A DNA stretch of 64,000 bases from Octopus vulgaris (GCA_951406725.2 OX597814.1:206646001-206710000), one strand, 5' to 3'; positions 11,954 to 26,324 are shown, numbered from the stretch's first letter. Numbers and translations: made by a program. Notes: generated from the letters alone by a model not told the origin.

Positions 11954-13454
11954 TGACATACACATAAATACATTCTTATATATTTATGATGATGATGATG
12001 ATGATATTTCAGTAACAGCTTTTGAAAAAATACAATAAAAGTAACGAGAACAGAATGCAACCTCTTCATCACCATCATCTCCATCACCACCACCACCACC
12101 ACCCGTGTGCGATAGAATTTGTGGAGTTAGATATTCTATGGCTTGACGCCTTTCCTGTCACCAACCCTCACCTCGTTCTAAGGGAGGTAACTATTTCTGC
12201 ATTTTAAAGAACTTCACAAAATATTAGAAACAAAGGACACTGCTTGCATAACAGGGACACTCATTTACAGCTAACAAATAATGTAAAGGCAAGGAGACAC
12301 ACTCACATATGTATGAATGGCGTCTCTCATTTACTGCCTACCAGACCCAATCACCGATCTTTGATTGGCCTAAGGCTATAGTTAAAGACACTTGCTCAAG
12401 GTGCCATACATTGAGACTGAACCTAAATCAAGGTAATTAAAAGTAATAGCAACAGAAGCAGTATTAATACCAAAAGCAATCTTTATATCCAACTAAATGT
12501 GGATGTTGTGTTAGAACATCAAGTACTACCTTATTTACCTTGAGAGGACCTCTCATATGGACGTACGGTCCATAAATGCATGCAAATTTATATTGTTGGT
12601 AGACAACAATCATCTTCTAAAGGCAACAGAACTGCCAGATCATGTATTTTCGCTCTGCTCAGGTTCATCAGTGACAGACGCCCTGTAGCAACATAACAGC
12701 GAAATCTCCCTGTCAACGATATATAGACAGTGATGTCACAAATAGCCTGAAGGCTTATTAAAGATAATTAATAGCAACAGAAGCAGTTTTAATACCAAAA
12801 GGCATTCTTTATGTCCATATGCTGTAATGAAGAAATTAGGGAAATTCCTGTCCACTGTAGAACCTGTTTGTGAAGTTCTTTCTTTTTGAATCTTTTCCCT
12901 TTTCCTTTGTCATCTCTCTTATGAATGACCATGATCCTAATTGTTGGACCTCCTCCACCTCCTCCTTCTTGCTTATAATATCAACAAATAATTACCTTGT
13001 ACTCTGCTTTTGTTGCTCAAATATTCTTGGGTACACAAGATGCACCAAAGAACCTCAACTTCAACATTCTTGATAGACATTTCAACAGCAAACACAAGAC
13101 TCAGCAGTTTTAATCAGAATGGTGAGTGGAGAGAAGAAACAATACAACTTCAGCTACATGAAGACACCATTGCCACATGTTTAACTTCACTAACACCACA
13201 TCAGTGGTCACAGTGGAAGGTTTTTCTGCCACATCCACTATAATACCATGTCTCCCAGTAGACTGGAAGGTCGTGGATGGAATATCTTTGATCTGAGTGA
13301 CAAAGTAATTTTCCTCATTTCCTTATTACTGATTAGAAAGAAATCAATAAATATTTCAAATATTTTGTTTGTCTTTTGTTAAATTGAATCTCTTCTCTTT
13401 AAAAAAAGCAAAAAAATTAAACAAAAATGATTCTCATGGTTTTGAATTTTACAG

Positions 13455-13536
13455 AAATTTGAGGAATATCTCCAAAATAAAGATGAAAATGAAGGAATGA
13501 TGGATAAACAGGAAAAGGAAGGATTTCATTCAAAAG
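13455..13536 (+). CDS. Macrodomain module exon E, copy 1 (terminal helix plus charged linker)
   Basis: Acceptor ttttacAG, donor GTAAAC, 82 nt, phase 0->1. Reads KFEEYLQNKDENEGMMDKQEKEGFHSK+G, which completes the macrodomain last helix and matches the phase of the next exon B. Confidence 0.82.
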
Positions 13537-13643
13537 GTAAACAATTTGTTTGTTGATATTGAATATTATGGTGTTTTGTCATACCGTCTCTATTAAACAC
13601 TGTTTATTATAAATATGATTAATGTTATTATCATTATTATCAT

Positions 13644-14020
13644 TCTGTGCCGGTGGCACGTAAAAAGCACCACCCGACTGTGGCCGTTGCCAGCACCGCC
13701 CCAACTGGCCTCCGTGCTGGTGGCACATAAAAAGCACCATCCGATCTTGGCCGTTGCCAGCCTTGCCTGGCCACCGTGCCGGTGAACTTAAAAAGCACCA
13801 TCCGTCCATGGCCGTTTGCCAGCCCCGTCTGGCACCTGTCCCGGTGGCACGTAAAAAGCACCCACTACTCTCCTGGAGTGGTTGGCGTTAGGAAGGGCAT
13901 CCAGCCATAGAAACACTGCCAGATCAGACTGGGCCTGGTGCAGCCTTCTGGATTCCCAGACCCCAGTTGAACGGTCCAACCCATGCTAGCTTGGAAAGCG
14001 GACACTAAATAATGATGATG
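13644..14020 (+). mobile_element. SINE-like element with internal ggtggcacgtaaaaagcacc subrepeats and an RTE-type 3' tail, U1
   Basis: Tail gagtggttggcgttaggaagggcatccagcc...ccaacccatgctagc...aaagcggac-(GAT)n. Minus-strand relics of the same tail at ~3240-3370 and ~15520-15830. Confidence 0.7.
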
Positions 14021-14047
14021 ATTATTATTAATTATTAATGATTAATG

Positions 14048-14094
<47 letters not shown>

Positions 14095-14099
14095 TATTA

Positions 14100-14990
14100 T
14101 TATGATTGCTATTATTGTTATAGATGTGGCACAGTATACAATATCGTGAGATTGTTGATCGAAGATATTGTGTCTACTGGGGGTTTGCAGTGTTTGTCAA
14201 GTCACAAGAAGGACCTCAGGCAGACAATACTTTACACAATTCCAAGTAATGCTGACTTTTGCAATACATCTAGATTGCGGAGTATCTCTAAGGACTTCAG
14301 ATGTTTTTTTCAGTTTGGATCGTATTGAACCCAATACTCCGATGACAATAGGGATAACCTTTATGTTTGACTCTTGTACCTGCCACATCTTAGCAATCTC
14401 AATTCTCAGGTTTCCATATTTATCAACCTTTTTCTCTTTATTTCATGATGATGTGTTGATCTCCTGGCCCTGCCAAATCGATTATTTGGCACTTTTGTTT
14501 GTCCCTTCTAAAGGTTTCTATATCTGGCCTTCAGTTCTCTAACACTTTGTCTGTCTGGAAATCAAAGTCCCAGAGGATTTTTGCCTTCCCCTTTTCGTTC
14601 ATTACTTTTTTGGTGTATGTTGGTACCAAGCACCCATAACCTCATATCCATACTTATGGCATAGTAGCCAGTGGAGGTTTTCGGCTACTTTGTCGTGTCT
14701 ACGCTTGAACTCTTCCTGCGCAAGACTTTCTCAAGCACTACTTTCGGCCCTCTTCCCACACATTCTGCAGAGATCCGTTGCACTTGTGTGGTATATATTC
14801 TTTTCCACTGAGTCCTGGGCCCAAATGATTAGGCTTTCAGTATTTTTGATTAGGTCACCCTTGTTGCGCCACCTCTATGATGCTTCTTTGTCTTTTAATT
14901 TGTTGGTTCCACAGTGGAACTGACCATGTAATTCCATACGGAGTAGGGTTTCTTCTCTCTCGTCGGCTGTTCGTGATCAGAATTCATGTT
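14100..14990 (-). mobile_element. Older R4/Dong-like family 2 fragment, U1 (homologs ~32085-32990 and ~48880-49760)
   Basis: U2 copy reads RRHDKVAQNLHWLLC..KILWDFDFQTDKVLEHKRPDI..IIDLAVP and U1 reads KVIPIVIGVLG. Abuts (TAA)n. Confidence 0.8.
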
Positions 14991-15885
14991 TACCCTCAAG
15001 TTCCTGTGCTATCAGAATAGTAGCAGTTGTAGTATTTGTAGTATTAGCAGCTGCAGTATCTTATCATTATTTTTCTTTTTATCATTGTCACCATCACCAC
15101 CACTACAACTCTGCATGTTTCTAGTAATCCCCTATGTCAGTACAAATCTGATTTATCCTCAACTATTGAGATTTCGGATTTGATCAAATTTAGCATAACA
15201 GTCACAGAAGTGCAAGAATTTAATTAAACAATCTGGCAATCCTTCCCAAGCAAAATTACGTCATTTTAGTTTTCCCACATGTGTAGCCTTTAGGGGCCAT
15301 TCTGGTAATTGTTTGGGCTAAAAAACAAAGTCTTAAAAGCAACAACAACTTCAACAATAGTGCATGTGAGGCCTAGGAAAGCGATTTTGCCTTGCTTCTG
15401 TCATCCCGTTTCACCATCACAGGAACAAAAGAAATTAATGAGAAAAAGTGACAACAACAGCAAGAAAACAGCTGCCATGCTGGTGGCAGCTGCAGCAGGT
15501 TTGCCAGTACCACTGCCAACATCATCATCATCATCGTTTAACATCTGTTTTCTAAGCATGCATGGATTGGACAGTTGACAGGAGCCGGCAAGGTGGAAAA
15601 TAACTACCCTTCGCTACTGTGTCTGTTTTGGCAGGAATTTTACAGCTGGATGCACTTCCTAACACCAACCACTCAGCAGAGTGGACTCAGTACATTTTAC
15701 GTGGAACTAGCACAACAAAGTTAGTTTTGGCATTATTTTTGCAGTTGCCCTTCCAAATGCCCTTCCAAATGCAAGCCATTTCACAATGTGCAGTGGATGC
15801 TTTTTACATGGCACCAGTGCTGGCAGGGTCACCAAGATAATGAATTATGAGAGGGGCAAGGCATTTGATGAGGAGAGCTTGTGTC

Positions 15886-18800
15886 AGATGATGAAAGGTT
15901 AGAGTGTGACAGAGAGACAGAAAGAGGGGTCTTGCCATAACAGAGAGGGCATTGGAGGTGGTGATCCAGTAGTAGATGATGAAATGTTAGAGTGTGACAG
16001 AGAGACAGAAAGAGGGGTCTTGCCATAACAGAGAGGGCATTGGAGGAGGTGATCCAGTAGTAGATGATGAAATGTTAGAGTGTGACAGAGAGACAGAAAG
16101 AGGGGTCTTGCCATAACAGAGAGGGCATTGGAGGAGGTGATCCAGTAGTAGATGATGAAAGGTTGAGTGTGACAGAGAGACAGAAAGAGGGGTCTTGCCA
16201 TAACAGAGAGGGCATTGGAGGAGGTGATCCAGTAGTAGATGATGAAATGTTAGAGTGTGACAGAGAGACAGAAAGAGGGGTCTTGCCATAACAGAGAGGG
16301 CATTGGAGGAGGTGATCCAGTAGTAGATGATGAAATGTTAGAGTGTGACAGAGAGACAGAAAGAGGGGTCTTGCCATAACAGAGAGGGCATTGGAGGAGG
16401 TGATCCAGTAGTAGATGATGAAAGGTTAGAGTGTGACAGAGAGACAGAAAGAGGTGTCTTGCCATAACAGAGAGGGCATTGGAGGAGGTGATCCAGTAGT
16501 AGATGATGAAATGTTAGAGTGTGACAGAGAGACAGAAAGAGGGGTCTTGCCATAACAGAGAAGGCATTGGAGGAGGTGATCCAGTTGTAGATGATGAAAT
16601 GTTAGAGTGTGACAGAGAGACAGAAAGAGGGGTCTTGCCATAACAGAGAGGGCATTGGAGGTGGTGATCCAGTAGTAGATGATGAAATGTTAGAGTGTGA
16701 CAGAGAGACAGAAAGAGGGGTCTTGCCATTACAGAGAGGGCATTGGAGGAGGTGATCCAGTAGTAGATGATGAAATGTTAGAGTGTGACAGAGAGACAGA
16801 AAGAGGGGTCTTGCCATAGCAGAGAGGGCATTGGAGGAGGTGATCCAGTAGTAGATGATGAAATGTTAGAGTGTGACAGAGAGACAGAAAGAGGGGTCTT
16901 GCCATAACAGAGAGGGCATTGGAGGAGGTGATCCAGTAGTAGATGATGAAATGTTAGAGTGTGACAGAGAGACAGAAAGAGGGGTCTTGCCATAACAGAG
17001 AGGGCATTGGAGGTGGTGATCCAGTAGTAGATGATGAAATGTTAGAGTGTGACAGAGAGACAGAAAGAGGGGTCTTGCCATAGCAGAGAGGGCATTGGAG
17101 GAGGTGATCCAGTAGTAGATGATGAAATGTTAGAGTGTGACAGAGAGACAGAAAGAGGGGTCTTGCCATAACAGAGAGGGCATTGGAGGTGGTGATCCAG
17201 TAGTAGATGATGAAATGTTAGAGTGTGACAGAGAGACAGAAAGAGGGTCTTGCCATAACAGAGAGGGCATTGGAGGTGGTGATCCAGTAGTAGATGATGA
17301 AATGTTAGAGTGTGACAGAGAGACAGAAAGAGGGGTCTTGCCATAACAGAGAGGGCATTGGAGGAGGTGATCCAGTAGTAGATGATGAAATGTTAGAGTG
17401 GGACAGAGAGACAGAAAGAGGGGTCTTGCCATAACAGAGAGGGCATTGGAGGAGGTGATCCAGTAGTAGATGATGAAATGTTAGAGTGTGACAGAGAGAC
17501 AGAAAGAGGGGTCTTGCCATAACAGAGAGGGCATTGGAGGAGGTGATCCAGTTGTAGATGATGAAATGTTAGAGTGTGACAGAGAGACGGAAAGAGGGGT
17601 CTTTCCATAACAGAGAGGGCATTGGAGGTGGTGATCCAGTAGTAGATGATGAAATGTTAGAGTGTGACAGAGAGACAGAAAGAGGGGTCTTTCCATAACA
17701 GAGAGGTCATTGGAGGTGGTGATCTAGTAGTAGATGATGAAATGTTAGAGTGTGACAGAGAGACAGAAAGAGGGGTCTTGCCATAGCAGAGAGGGCATTG
17801 GAGGAGGTGATCCAGTAGTAGATGATGAAATGTTAGAGTGTGACAGAGAGACAGAAAGAGGCGTCTTGCCATAACAGAGAGGGCATTGGAGGTGGTGATT
17901 CAGTAGTAGATGATGAAATGTTAGAGTGTGACAGAGAGACAGAAAGAGGGGTCTTGCCATAGCAGAGAGGGCATTGGAGGAGGTGATCCAGTAGTAGATG
18001 ATGAAATGTTAGAGTGTGTCAGAGAGACAGAAAGAGGGGTCTTGCCATAACAGAGAGGGCATTGGAGGTGGTGATCCAGTAGTAGATGATGAAATGTTAG
18101 AGTGTGACAGAGAGACAGAAAGAGGGTCTTGCCATAACAGAGAGGGCATTGGAGGTGGTGATCCAGTAGTAGATGATGAAATGTTAGAGTGTGACAGAGA
18201 GACAGAAAGAGGGGTCTTGCCATAACAGAGAGGGCATTGGAGGTGGTGATCCAGTAGTAGATGATGAAATGTTAGAGTGTGACAGAGAGACAGAAAGAGG
18301 GGTCTTGCCATAACAGAGAGGGCATTGGAGGTGGTGATCCAGTAGTAGATGATGAAATGTTAGAGTGTGACAGAGAGACAGAAAGAGGGGTCTTGCCATA
18401 ACAGAGAGGGCATTGGAGGTGGTGATCCAGTAGTAGATGATGAAATGTTAGAGTGTGACAGAGAGACAGAAAGAGGGGTCTTGCCATAACAGAGAGGGCA
18501 TTGGAGGAGGTGATCCAGTAGTAGATGATGAAATGTTAGAGTGTGACAGAGAGACAGAAAGAGGGGTCTTGCCATAACAGAGAGGGCATTGGAGGAGGTG
18601 ATCCAGTAGTAGATGATGAAATGTTAGAGTGTGACAGAGAGACAGAAAGAGGGGTCTTGCCATAACAGAGAGGGCATTGGAGGAGGTGATCCAGTTGTAG
18701 ATGATGAAATGTTAGAGTGTGACAGAGAGACAGAAAGAGGGGTCTTGCCATAACAGAGAGGGCATTGGAGGTGGTGATCCAGTAGTAGATGATGAAATGT

Positions 18801-20396
18801 TAGAGTGTGACAGAGAGACAGAAAGAGGGGTCTTGCCATAACAGAGAGGTCATTGGAGGTGGTGATCCAGTAGTAGATGATGAAATGTTAGAGTGTGACA
18901 GAGAGACAGAAAGAGGGGTCTTGCCATAGCAGAGAGGGCATTGGAGGAGGTGATCCAGTAGTAGATGATGAAATGTTAGAGTGTGACAGAGAGACAGAAA
19001 GAGGGGTCTTGCCATAACAGAGAGGGCATTGGAGGTGGTGATCCAGTAGTAGATGATGAAATGTTAGAGTGTGACAGAGAGACAGAAAGAGGGGTCTTGC
19101 CATAACAGAGAGGGCATTGGAGGTGGTGATCCAGTAGTAGATGATGAAATGTTAGAGTGTGACAGAGAGACAGAAAGAGGGTCTTGCCATAACAGAGAGG
19201 GCATTGGAGGTGGTGATCCAGTAGTAGATGATGAAATGTTAGAGTGTGACAGAGAGACAGAAAGAGGGGTCTTGCCATAACAGAGAGGGCATTGGAGGAG
19301 GTGATCCAGTAGTAGATGATGAAATGTTAGAGTGTGACAGAGAGACAGAAAGAGGGGTCTTGCCATAACAGAGAGGGCATTGGAGGAGGTGATCCAGTAG
19401 TAGATGATGAAATGTTAGAGTGTGACAGAGAGACAGAAAGAGGGGTCTTGCCATAACAGAGAGGGCATTGGAGGAGGTGATCCAGTTGTAGATGATGAAA
19501 TGTTAGAGTGTGACAGAGAGACAGAAAGAGGGGTCTTGCCATAACAGAGAGGGCATTGGAGGTGGTGATCCAGTAGTAGATGATGAAATGTTAGAGTGTG
19601 ACAGAGAGACAGAAAGAGGGGTCTTGCCATAACAGAGAGGTCATTGGAGGTGGTGATCCAGTAGTAGATGATGAAATGTTAGAGTGTGACAGAGAGACAG
19701 AAAGAGGGTCTTGCCATAGCAGAGAGGGCATTGGAGGAGGTGATCCAGTAGTAGATGATGAAATGTTAGAGTGTGACAGAGAGACAGAAAGAGGCGTCTT
19801 GCCATAACAGAGAGGGCATTGGAGGTGGTGATCCAGTAGTAGATGATGAAATGTTAGAGTGTGACAGAGAGACAGAAAGAGGGTCTTGCCATAACAGAGA
19901 GGGCATTGGAGGTGGTGATCCAGTAGTAGATGATGAAATGTTAGAGTGTGACAGAGAGACAGAAAGAGGGGTCTTGCCATAACAGAGAGGGCATTGGAGG
20001 TGGTGATCCAGTAGTAGATGATGAAATGTTAGAGTGTGACAGAGAGACAGAAAGAGGGGTCTTGCCATAACAGAGAGGGCATTGGAGGTGGTGATCCAGT
20101 AGTAGATGATGAAATGTTAGAGTGTGACAGAGAGACAGAAAGAGGGGTCTTGCCATAACAGAGAGGGCATTGGAGGTGGTGATCCAGTAGTAGATGATGA
20201 AATGTTAGAGTGTGACAGAGAGACAGAAAGAGGGTCTTGCCATAACAGAGAGGGCATTGGAGGTGGTGATCCAGTAGTAGATGATGAAATGTTAGAGTGT
20301 GACAGAGAGACAGAAAGAGGGGTCTTGCCATAGCAGAGAGGGCATTGGAGGAGGTGATCCAGTAGTAGATGATGAAATGTTAGAGTGTGACGGAGA
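15886..20396. repeat. 88-bp intronic satellite array, ~51 copies
   Basis: Same monomer, including some 87-bp variants. Confidence 0.97.
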
Positions 20397-20694
20397 AATA
20401 AAGAAGCAGAGAGAGATGTCTTGATATAGAGGAGAGACATGGTTACCGAGGGACAGAGAAGAGGTACGCTAAAGAGGCCATAAATTGGTGTGCTGGAGTG
20501 AAGGAGGTATTTGGTTACCTAGGCAGAGGAAAAACAAGAGGAGAGAGAGAGAGAAAATGAGGAAGAATGAGACATGCAAATCTAGTCGTAACAATTTCAA
20601 CTTTGCAAGAGTAACCACAGAATTAAGTGAAGACATTTTTTATCGATGGAAATGAATTCAAGAGTGCAAAATGTAACAGAAAAATGGTATTAAA

Positions 20695-20777
20695 CATAAC
20701 AGAGAGGGCATTGGAGGTGGTGATCCAGTAGTAGATGATGAAATGTTAGAGTGTGACAGAGAGACAGAAAGAGGGGT
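20695..20777. repeat. Isolated near-complete 88-bp monomer
   Basis: Replaces the unique sequence found at ~1802-1907 in U1 and ~53943-54047 in U4. Confidence 0.9.
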
Positions 20778-22787
20778 ATACCTAGAAGCAGTTTAGAAAA
20801 GCAAAGCCTACGTAGCCAGGTTAAAGAAAGAAATATGGGACTGTCAAAGTGCGGTCTGTCTCAGAGGAGGAGACCAAAAATAACTGGACAGCCATCCTAG
20901 CAAGGGACAAACACATTGTCATCCCCATCTACTTTGGTCGAAGAATATTCAGAGTTAGAATACTCAACATAATGCCAACCATTTTAGAGTGTGGACTGGA
21001 AGCTGCTTTTCTCATGGCACTAGCACTGGTGAGGTTACCAAGTATCTTGCAAGCCCCCTGATGGAACTGGGGAGTGGGGAGGTGGCTTGAGGCCAGGGCT
21101 AGAAAGTCTAAATTTTGCCAGAGGCTTAAGCACATAGATCTAGAGGAGACTCATGGCGTCCTTATATTTATGCAAAGGTGCATGACAGTATCTGGAAGGA
21201 AGAAAGATGGTGGTAATAGAGTGCCAGAGCATAGTCCCAAGTTACAAGAAGGGGAGTATAAGGGAGACTGTGGATGAGTAAAGAAGGAATGGGAGGGTAA
21301 TGGCATCAGAGTGTGAGATGAAAAGTGCAGAGGTTAGAGATGGGGCTTGAGGTGGTTGTAGAGAGTGAGGAACAATGTTTTGAGGTGGAGTCGAGAGACT
21401 GACGGGGCTCGGAAAGGAGGAGGTGACAAGAAGCCTCAGAGGAAGGGTGGAGAGCAGCAGAATCATCAATCTGTTGATAGATGAGGAGGAAGAGAGATGA
21501 AGACCAGGATCTGACAGCAGAGGGAAAGCAAAGATGATGAACTGTGAAAGAGATGGGAGTCAGAGATACATGGGGGTGGCTATAGTGAGTGGGGCCAGAA
21601 AATTGGAGGGATTATTAGCAATGACTGTGAGAGGGTGTTGAGAATGATTGCAGATAGGAGAAGTGTTAAACAGGAAACCTGGCAGAGTAAGGTGTAGCTA
21701 AGAGGGGTGGGTGGGAAAGATTAGGGAAGGGACAGAAAGGGATGATCGATGGAAGGTTGTATGGATGGAGATGATGATGCAAGAGATGCAACTGGTATTA
21801 ATGAAAGGGTGGGGGTGGTGATGAATGCTCTCAAATGGTTACAGCAGTAAAGTAGGACCATAGTTAGAAGAGTATAATAGAGGGATGGGTGTTAGGAAGA
21901 TGAGATGTGGTGAAGGGGATGCTTCACAGGGACAGATATGGGCGTAGGGTCCAGCATGGGCAGGAATATATATCACAGTTTTTGGACATGACTTTTGCTG
22001 TGACAAATGTGTCTTTATATATCATTTTGTTCAACTTGTGCCAGCATGGACATGAAATGTAGATGGGGATAATGCTGATGATGGCATGCCTATACGTATG
22101 TACATCATGATCATCATCATTTAACATCCATTGTCCATGCTGGCATGGGTTGGACGGTTTGACTGGGGCTGGCAAGGTGAGGGGCTACACCATCTCCAGT
22201 CTGACATGGTATGGTTTCTACAGCTGGATACCTTTCCTAACCACCAATGTAATGGCTGCTTTTATTTACCACCAGCATGGATGCTAGATACATGATGCCA
22301 GCATCAACCACATGGCCTCTATGAGGCACAACCCCCAAATGGTACATTTTACGTGAGACTGGCATGGCTGGCAGGTAGGTGACACCTACAAAGACCACAG
22401 CTATGATTTCATTCGGCTTGATATGTCTTCTCAAGTATGACATATCGCCAAATGTCTCGGTCACTATAGTCATTGCTTCCATGTGGCCCATCATTTGATG
22501 ATTATGCTTAAGCACCTCATTCCATATCTTCCTGGGCCTCCCTCTTCTACAGCTTCCTCCCACTGGTAGAGATTGGAACTTCTTCAGATGTCGTGTGCGG
22601 TTGTCTCTCTTGTACACCACATCTGATGGTTCTTATGCCCAGCTAAGATATATATATATATATGAATTGTCAATATAACATATATCAGAATGAGAAACAC
22701 ACCTAAAGAATAGAGCAGACTTTATGATTGAAAATGTGTATGTTTGTGTGTGTGTATGTATGTATGTTTATATTTGTTTATTTTCAG

Positions 22788-22900
22788 GAACCAAACCATC
22801 AGACCTTCTTAGTCCACAACAGGAATCGTCCTCTATGACACCCGGAACTAAAGTGACATCCAGAAAATATGATGGCATCAAAATAAAACTAATGATTTAG
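22788..22900 (+). pseudogene. Exon A, copy 2
   Basis: Same acceptor, frame and TAG as copy 1. Confidence 0.7.
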
Positions 22901-22976
22901 TCAATTTGGCCTATGTGCACCCCAGACTGGTAAAGCGTTAAGTGTATGGTTGGCTGGTTTTTGGTTACTGTTGCTC

Positions 22977-23041
<65 letters not shown>

Positions 23042-23042
<1 letters not shown>

Positions 23043-24913
23043 TGTTGTGTCTCGGGGGAGGGTCATTTTCTTTTTGTGCCTTATAATTTTACACACTCAC
23101 TGGTGAAATGTCCGCTTAATGTAGAAACTGAGAAGAACGTAATGGAGAGCCTCCAGCAAATAGCTAACTCCATCCACCAAAGTATCAAGGTAACTATAGA
23201 TTAAACCCCACTAAGCACCCCAACAATGGACTCCCTGTACTTGATACTGAACTTGGGTTAGAGACTTTGAACAAAAGAGTGCAGCTCCTCCACTCTTATT
23301 ACATGGAACCCATAACTTCAAACTATGTCGTTCAGAAGAACTCACCTTTCTCACAAAACATGGAAATTAAACCATACTAATAGCAGACTTAATTAGAATA
23401 ATGAACAATGTGTCCCCACTATGCGAACCCTATGAAACGACAAAACATATACAGAACTTTATGCACCGCATGCACTTCTCTGGATATGATCAAAAAGATA
23501 GGGTTCGAGTATACAGGGGTGCTAGAAATAAATTTGATAACATTATACGTAATGATACCAGTGGTACCTGCCCTAGATATAGAAACAAAGAATGGAATAG
23601 GATACAAAGCACTTGTGACAAAGCAAACGGGGTGAACACATGGTATAAAAGTGAGAAATATCAAGGAGTGATGTTTGTAGAGGCCAAATCCCATGGAGAA
23701 CTAGCCTGTAGATTTAGGGAAGCTCTGAAGGAGACCAAACTCGACATTAAGATTGTTGAAAAGCCAGGAAACTCCGTCAGACCACAACTATGTAGTACGT
23801 ACCCCTTTAAGAATACCATATGCACCAATGATAACTGCATGGTATTTAGGATTAGCCCTGGCATTAACTGTAGAACTCGAACTGTAGTTTACAGCATATG
23901 ATGCTTAGAAGGTGCTTGTAAAGACATGAACATGACGTACGTAGGGGAGACATCTAGGAGCATAGCTGAAAGACTAAATGACCATTTGAAACAATATGAC
24001 AACAAAAAGCAGTCCTCCATACTCTACCAACATCCCAATGACCGCCATAGAGGTAACTTGGGTCAACTTGACATCCGCATCTCATCCAAGCAATCAAAAG
24101 ACCCAACACTCAGACAAATACGGGAGTACGTCCTTATAAATGAAACTTTCCTAATACTAAATAGGAAATATACATGGTAGATACTATACCACCATACCCA
24201 CAGTTTACACAGGTAGAGTAGAATAGTTAGTGGGCTGTTATGTAGATAGATGTATGTATGTGTGTGTGTGTGGGTACATATGTGTATATGCACATGTATG
24301 TAAGCATATGGATATGAAAATAAACAGATCAACATACAGATGGATAGGTACATAGGTTATATGAACAAACAGGCACACATACACAAATGGATACTGAAAC
24401 ACAAGACCATATGTACACACACGCTTTACTCCACACAAGGACACATATGGAGATACGTGTCCACACATATAGAAATGCACATCCATACATAAAAACATGG
24501 TACAAAGTGGCAAAACACACACACACACACACACAAGGAGACAGAGGTGCATATATACACAAACACACACACACACACACACATACACAAAACATACGCA
24601 AACACGGACATGCAAGCACATGAATATGCAGATTACATACATACAGATGCACACACATACATACATATATACATATGCATACACACACACATGCATGCAT
24701 AGACACACACACACACTGACCCACACACATGCGCACAAACAAACAAAAAGGAACGCAGTGTAAATAACGGACAGAGTCAAGACTATTGAAAAGTTTGCAA
24801 GATGCAATGAAAATTTGAACAAAATAAAAAGGAGAAATAAGTGGAAATTTTTGGCAGTGAGTGTTTTAAATTATAAGGCACGAAAAGAAAATGACTCTCC
24901 CCAGACACAGCAG
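23042..24913 (+). mobile_element. Degenerate Penelope-like element, U2 copy
   Basis: Homologous ORFs 23401-23901 and 23926-24180. Confidence 0.85.
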
Positions 24914-25068
24914 AATATGCTTCAACACACAAACTCACATAAAGAATCTTGCAAACCAAATCCAAACATGAAATACATATACGGACGTTAGGTGATGATG
25001 ACATATGTGTGTGTGTGTGTGTGTGTGTATAAAGTGTACATATGTTGATATTTGTTTATTTTTTTCAG

Positions 25069-25205
25069 ACACCACATCATCAAACACATCTCTTCCTGGC
25101 TCGCAAAAGGAAATCTCTTCTGTGGCACCCAGAACTAATGAGACATCCAGAGAAAATGATGGCATCAAAATACAACTATTGATTGATTCAATTTCTAATG
25201 CATCT
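25069..25205 (+). CDS. Macrodomain module exon B, copy 2
   Basis: AG/GTGAGT intact. Reads (D)TTSSNTSLPGSQKEISSVAPRTNETSRENDGIKIQLLIDSISNAS. Confidence 0.85.
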
Positions 25206-25486
25206 GTGAGTAAATAGATTCACTTAACATATTTACGTTTAATTGTTATTTCATTTCCAAATGAGGACTCATTACAGTTAATTAAAACATTTTCTCAATC
25301 AAACTCAAACATTTTATTTCCTTCACATCTGATATCTTGAGTATATCTTTTGCTAACTTTAACAACCTCAAACTTACTACAGCCATTCTATAGAGCCTTT
25401 CTTAACAACAATATCAACTGCAACAATGTATCTCTCTTCTCTCCATGGAATGTTCCTTTGCTGTTTACCATTAATTACTTTTCTAG

Positions 25487-25714
25487 GTTGATGTCATCGT
25501 TAACAGCACAAATAAAAGCCTCCAGCTTAACAGTGGTGCTGTCTCCAAATCTATTCTCAATGCTGCTGGTCCACAGATACAAAATGAATGCAACGAGGAA
25601 TATTCTCGAGGTATTTCTACATCTGAAATTGCCGTCACTAAAGGATATAAGCTCAACTGTAAGAATGTATTTCATCTGGCATTACCTTACTGGGATGAAT
25701 ATTCCTCTGATTCA
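25487..25714 (+). CDS. Macrodomain module exon C, copy 2
   Basis: AG/GTAAGT intact. Reads VDVIVNSTNKSLQLNSGAVSKSILNAAGPQIQNECNEEYSRGISTSEIAVTKGYKLNCKNVFHLALPYWDEYSSDS. Confidence 0.93.
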
Positions 25715-26324
25715 GTAAGTATCAATCATATTATATTGATTTATTGAAACAGTTAATGTTTGAAGAGAACCTTATGCATGTTTTGTGAGAATCATAAAGC
25801 AAATGTCAGCATCCTGTTTAATATTTGTTCTTCCAAGTTATCATTGGAAGGAAGCAGAAGATATCGATGAACAGGACACTTTTATATATAAATAGAAGGA
25901 AAAAAGCCTCATGGCCTAACAACAGTTATGTGACTGATAAATAAGACTATATTAAAACATATTTCTGTGTTTTACTCTCTGTATTGGTGAGTTTTTCTCT
26001 GTCATGGCACGAGCACTAGAGAGGTTGTCATGTCCTCAACAACACTAAAGACTCCTCTTGGGTCTGCATTGTCTCTCTTCATTCACCAACCATTTTACAC
26101 GGTGGATTGGGTCTGTTTTATTGTAGCAGCATCATGAGTGAGGTTGCCTTGTCCCTTGCAGGACTAAAGAGTGATAGGAATGACAGATGTGTTTAGAAGT
26201 GGTAGGAGTGAGAGGAGTTGTGAGAGGAGGATATATCTATTACAACTTAAAGGTTTCTTCCTGTAATAAGAAAATAATTTAATAAAATGTTCATTATCAA
26301 TTACTAAACACTTATTTTTATTAG

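Larger units (their letters stand above)
1..15730 (+). repeat. Tandem segmental duplication unit U1
   Basis: Position 1 context (cattatttttgcag) recurs at 15731 and 50559. The same order of satellite, TE relics and exons A-B-C-D-E recurs in each unit. The boundary is an arbitrary cut point. Confidence 0.93.

Noticed and set aside
12022-12207. Poly-His ORF (also 28989, 45551)
   Set aside because: A (CAC/CAT)n microsatellite abutting a SINE-tail-like relic, with no splice support
15886-20396. 88-bp array as a CRISPR-like array
   Set aside because: No unique spacers, contiguous monomers, no cas genes, and a eukaryotic context
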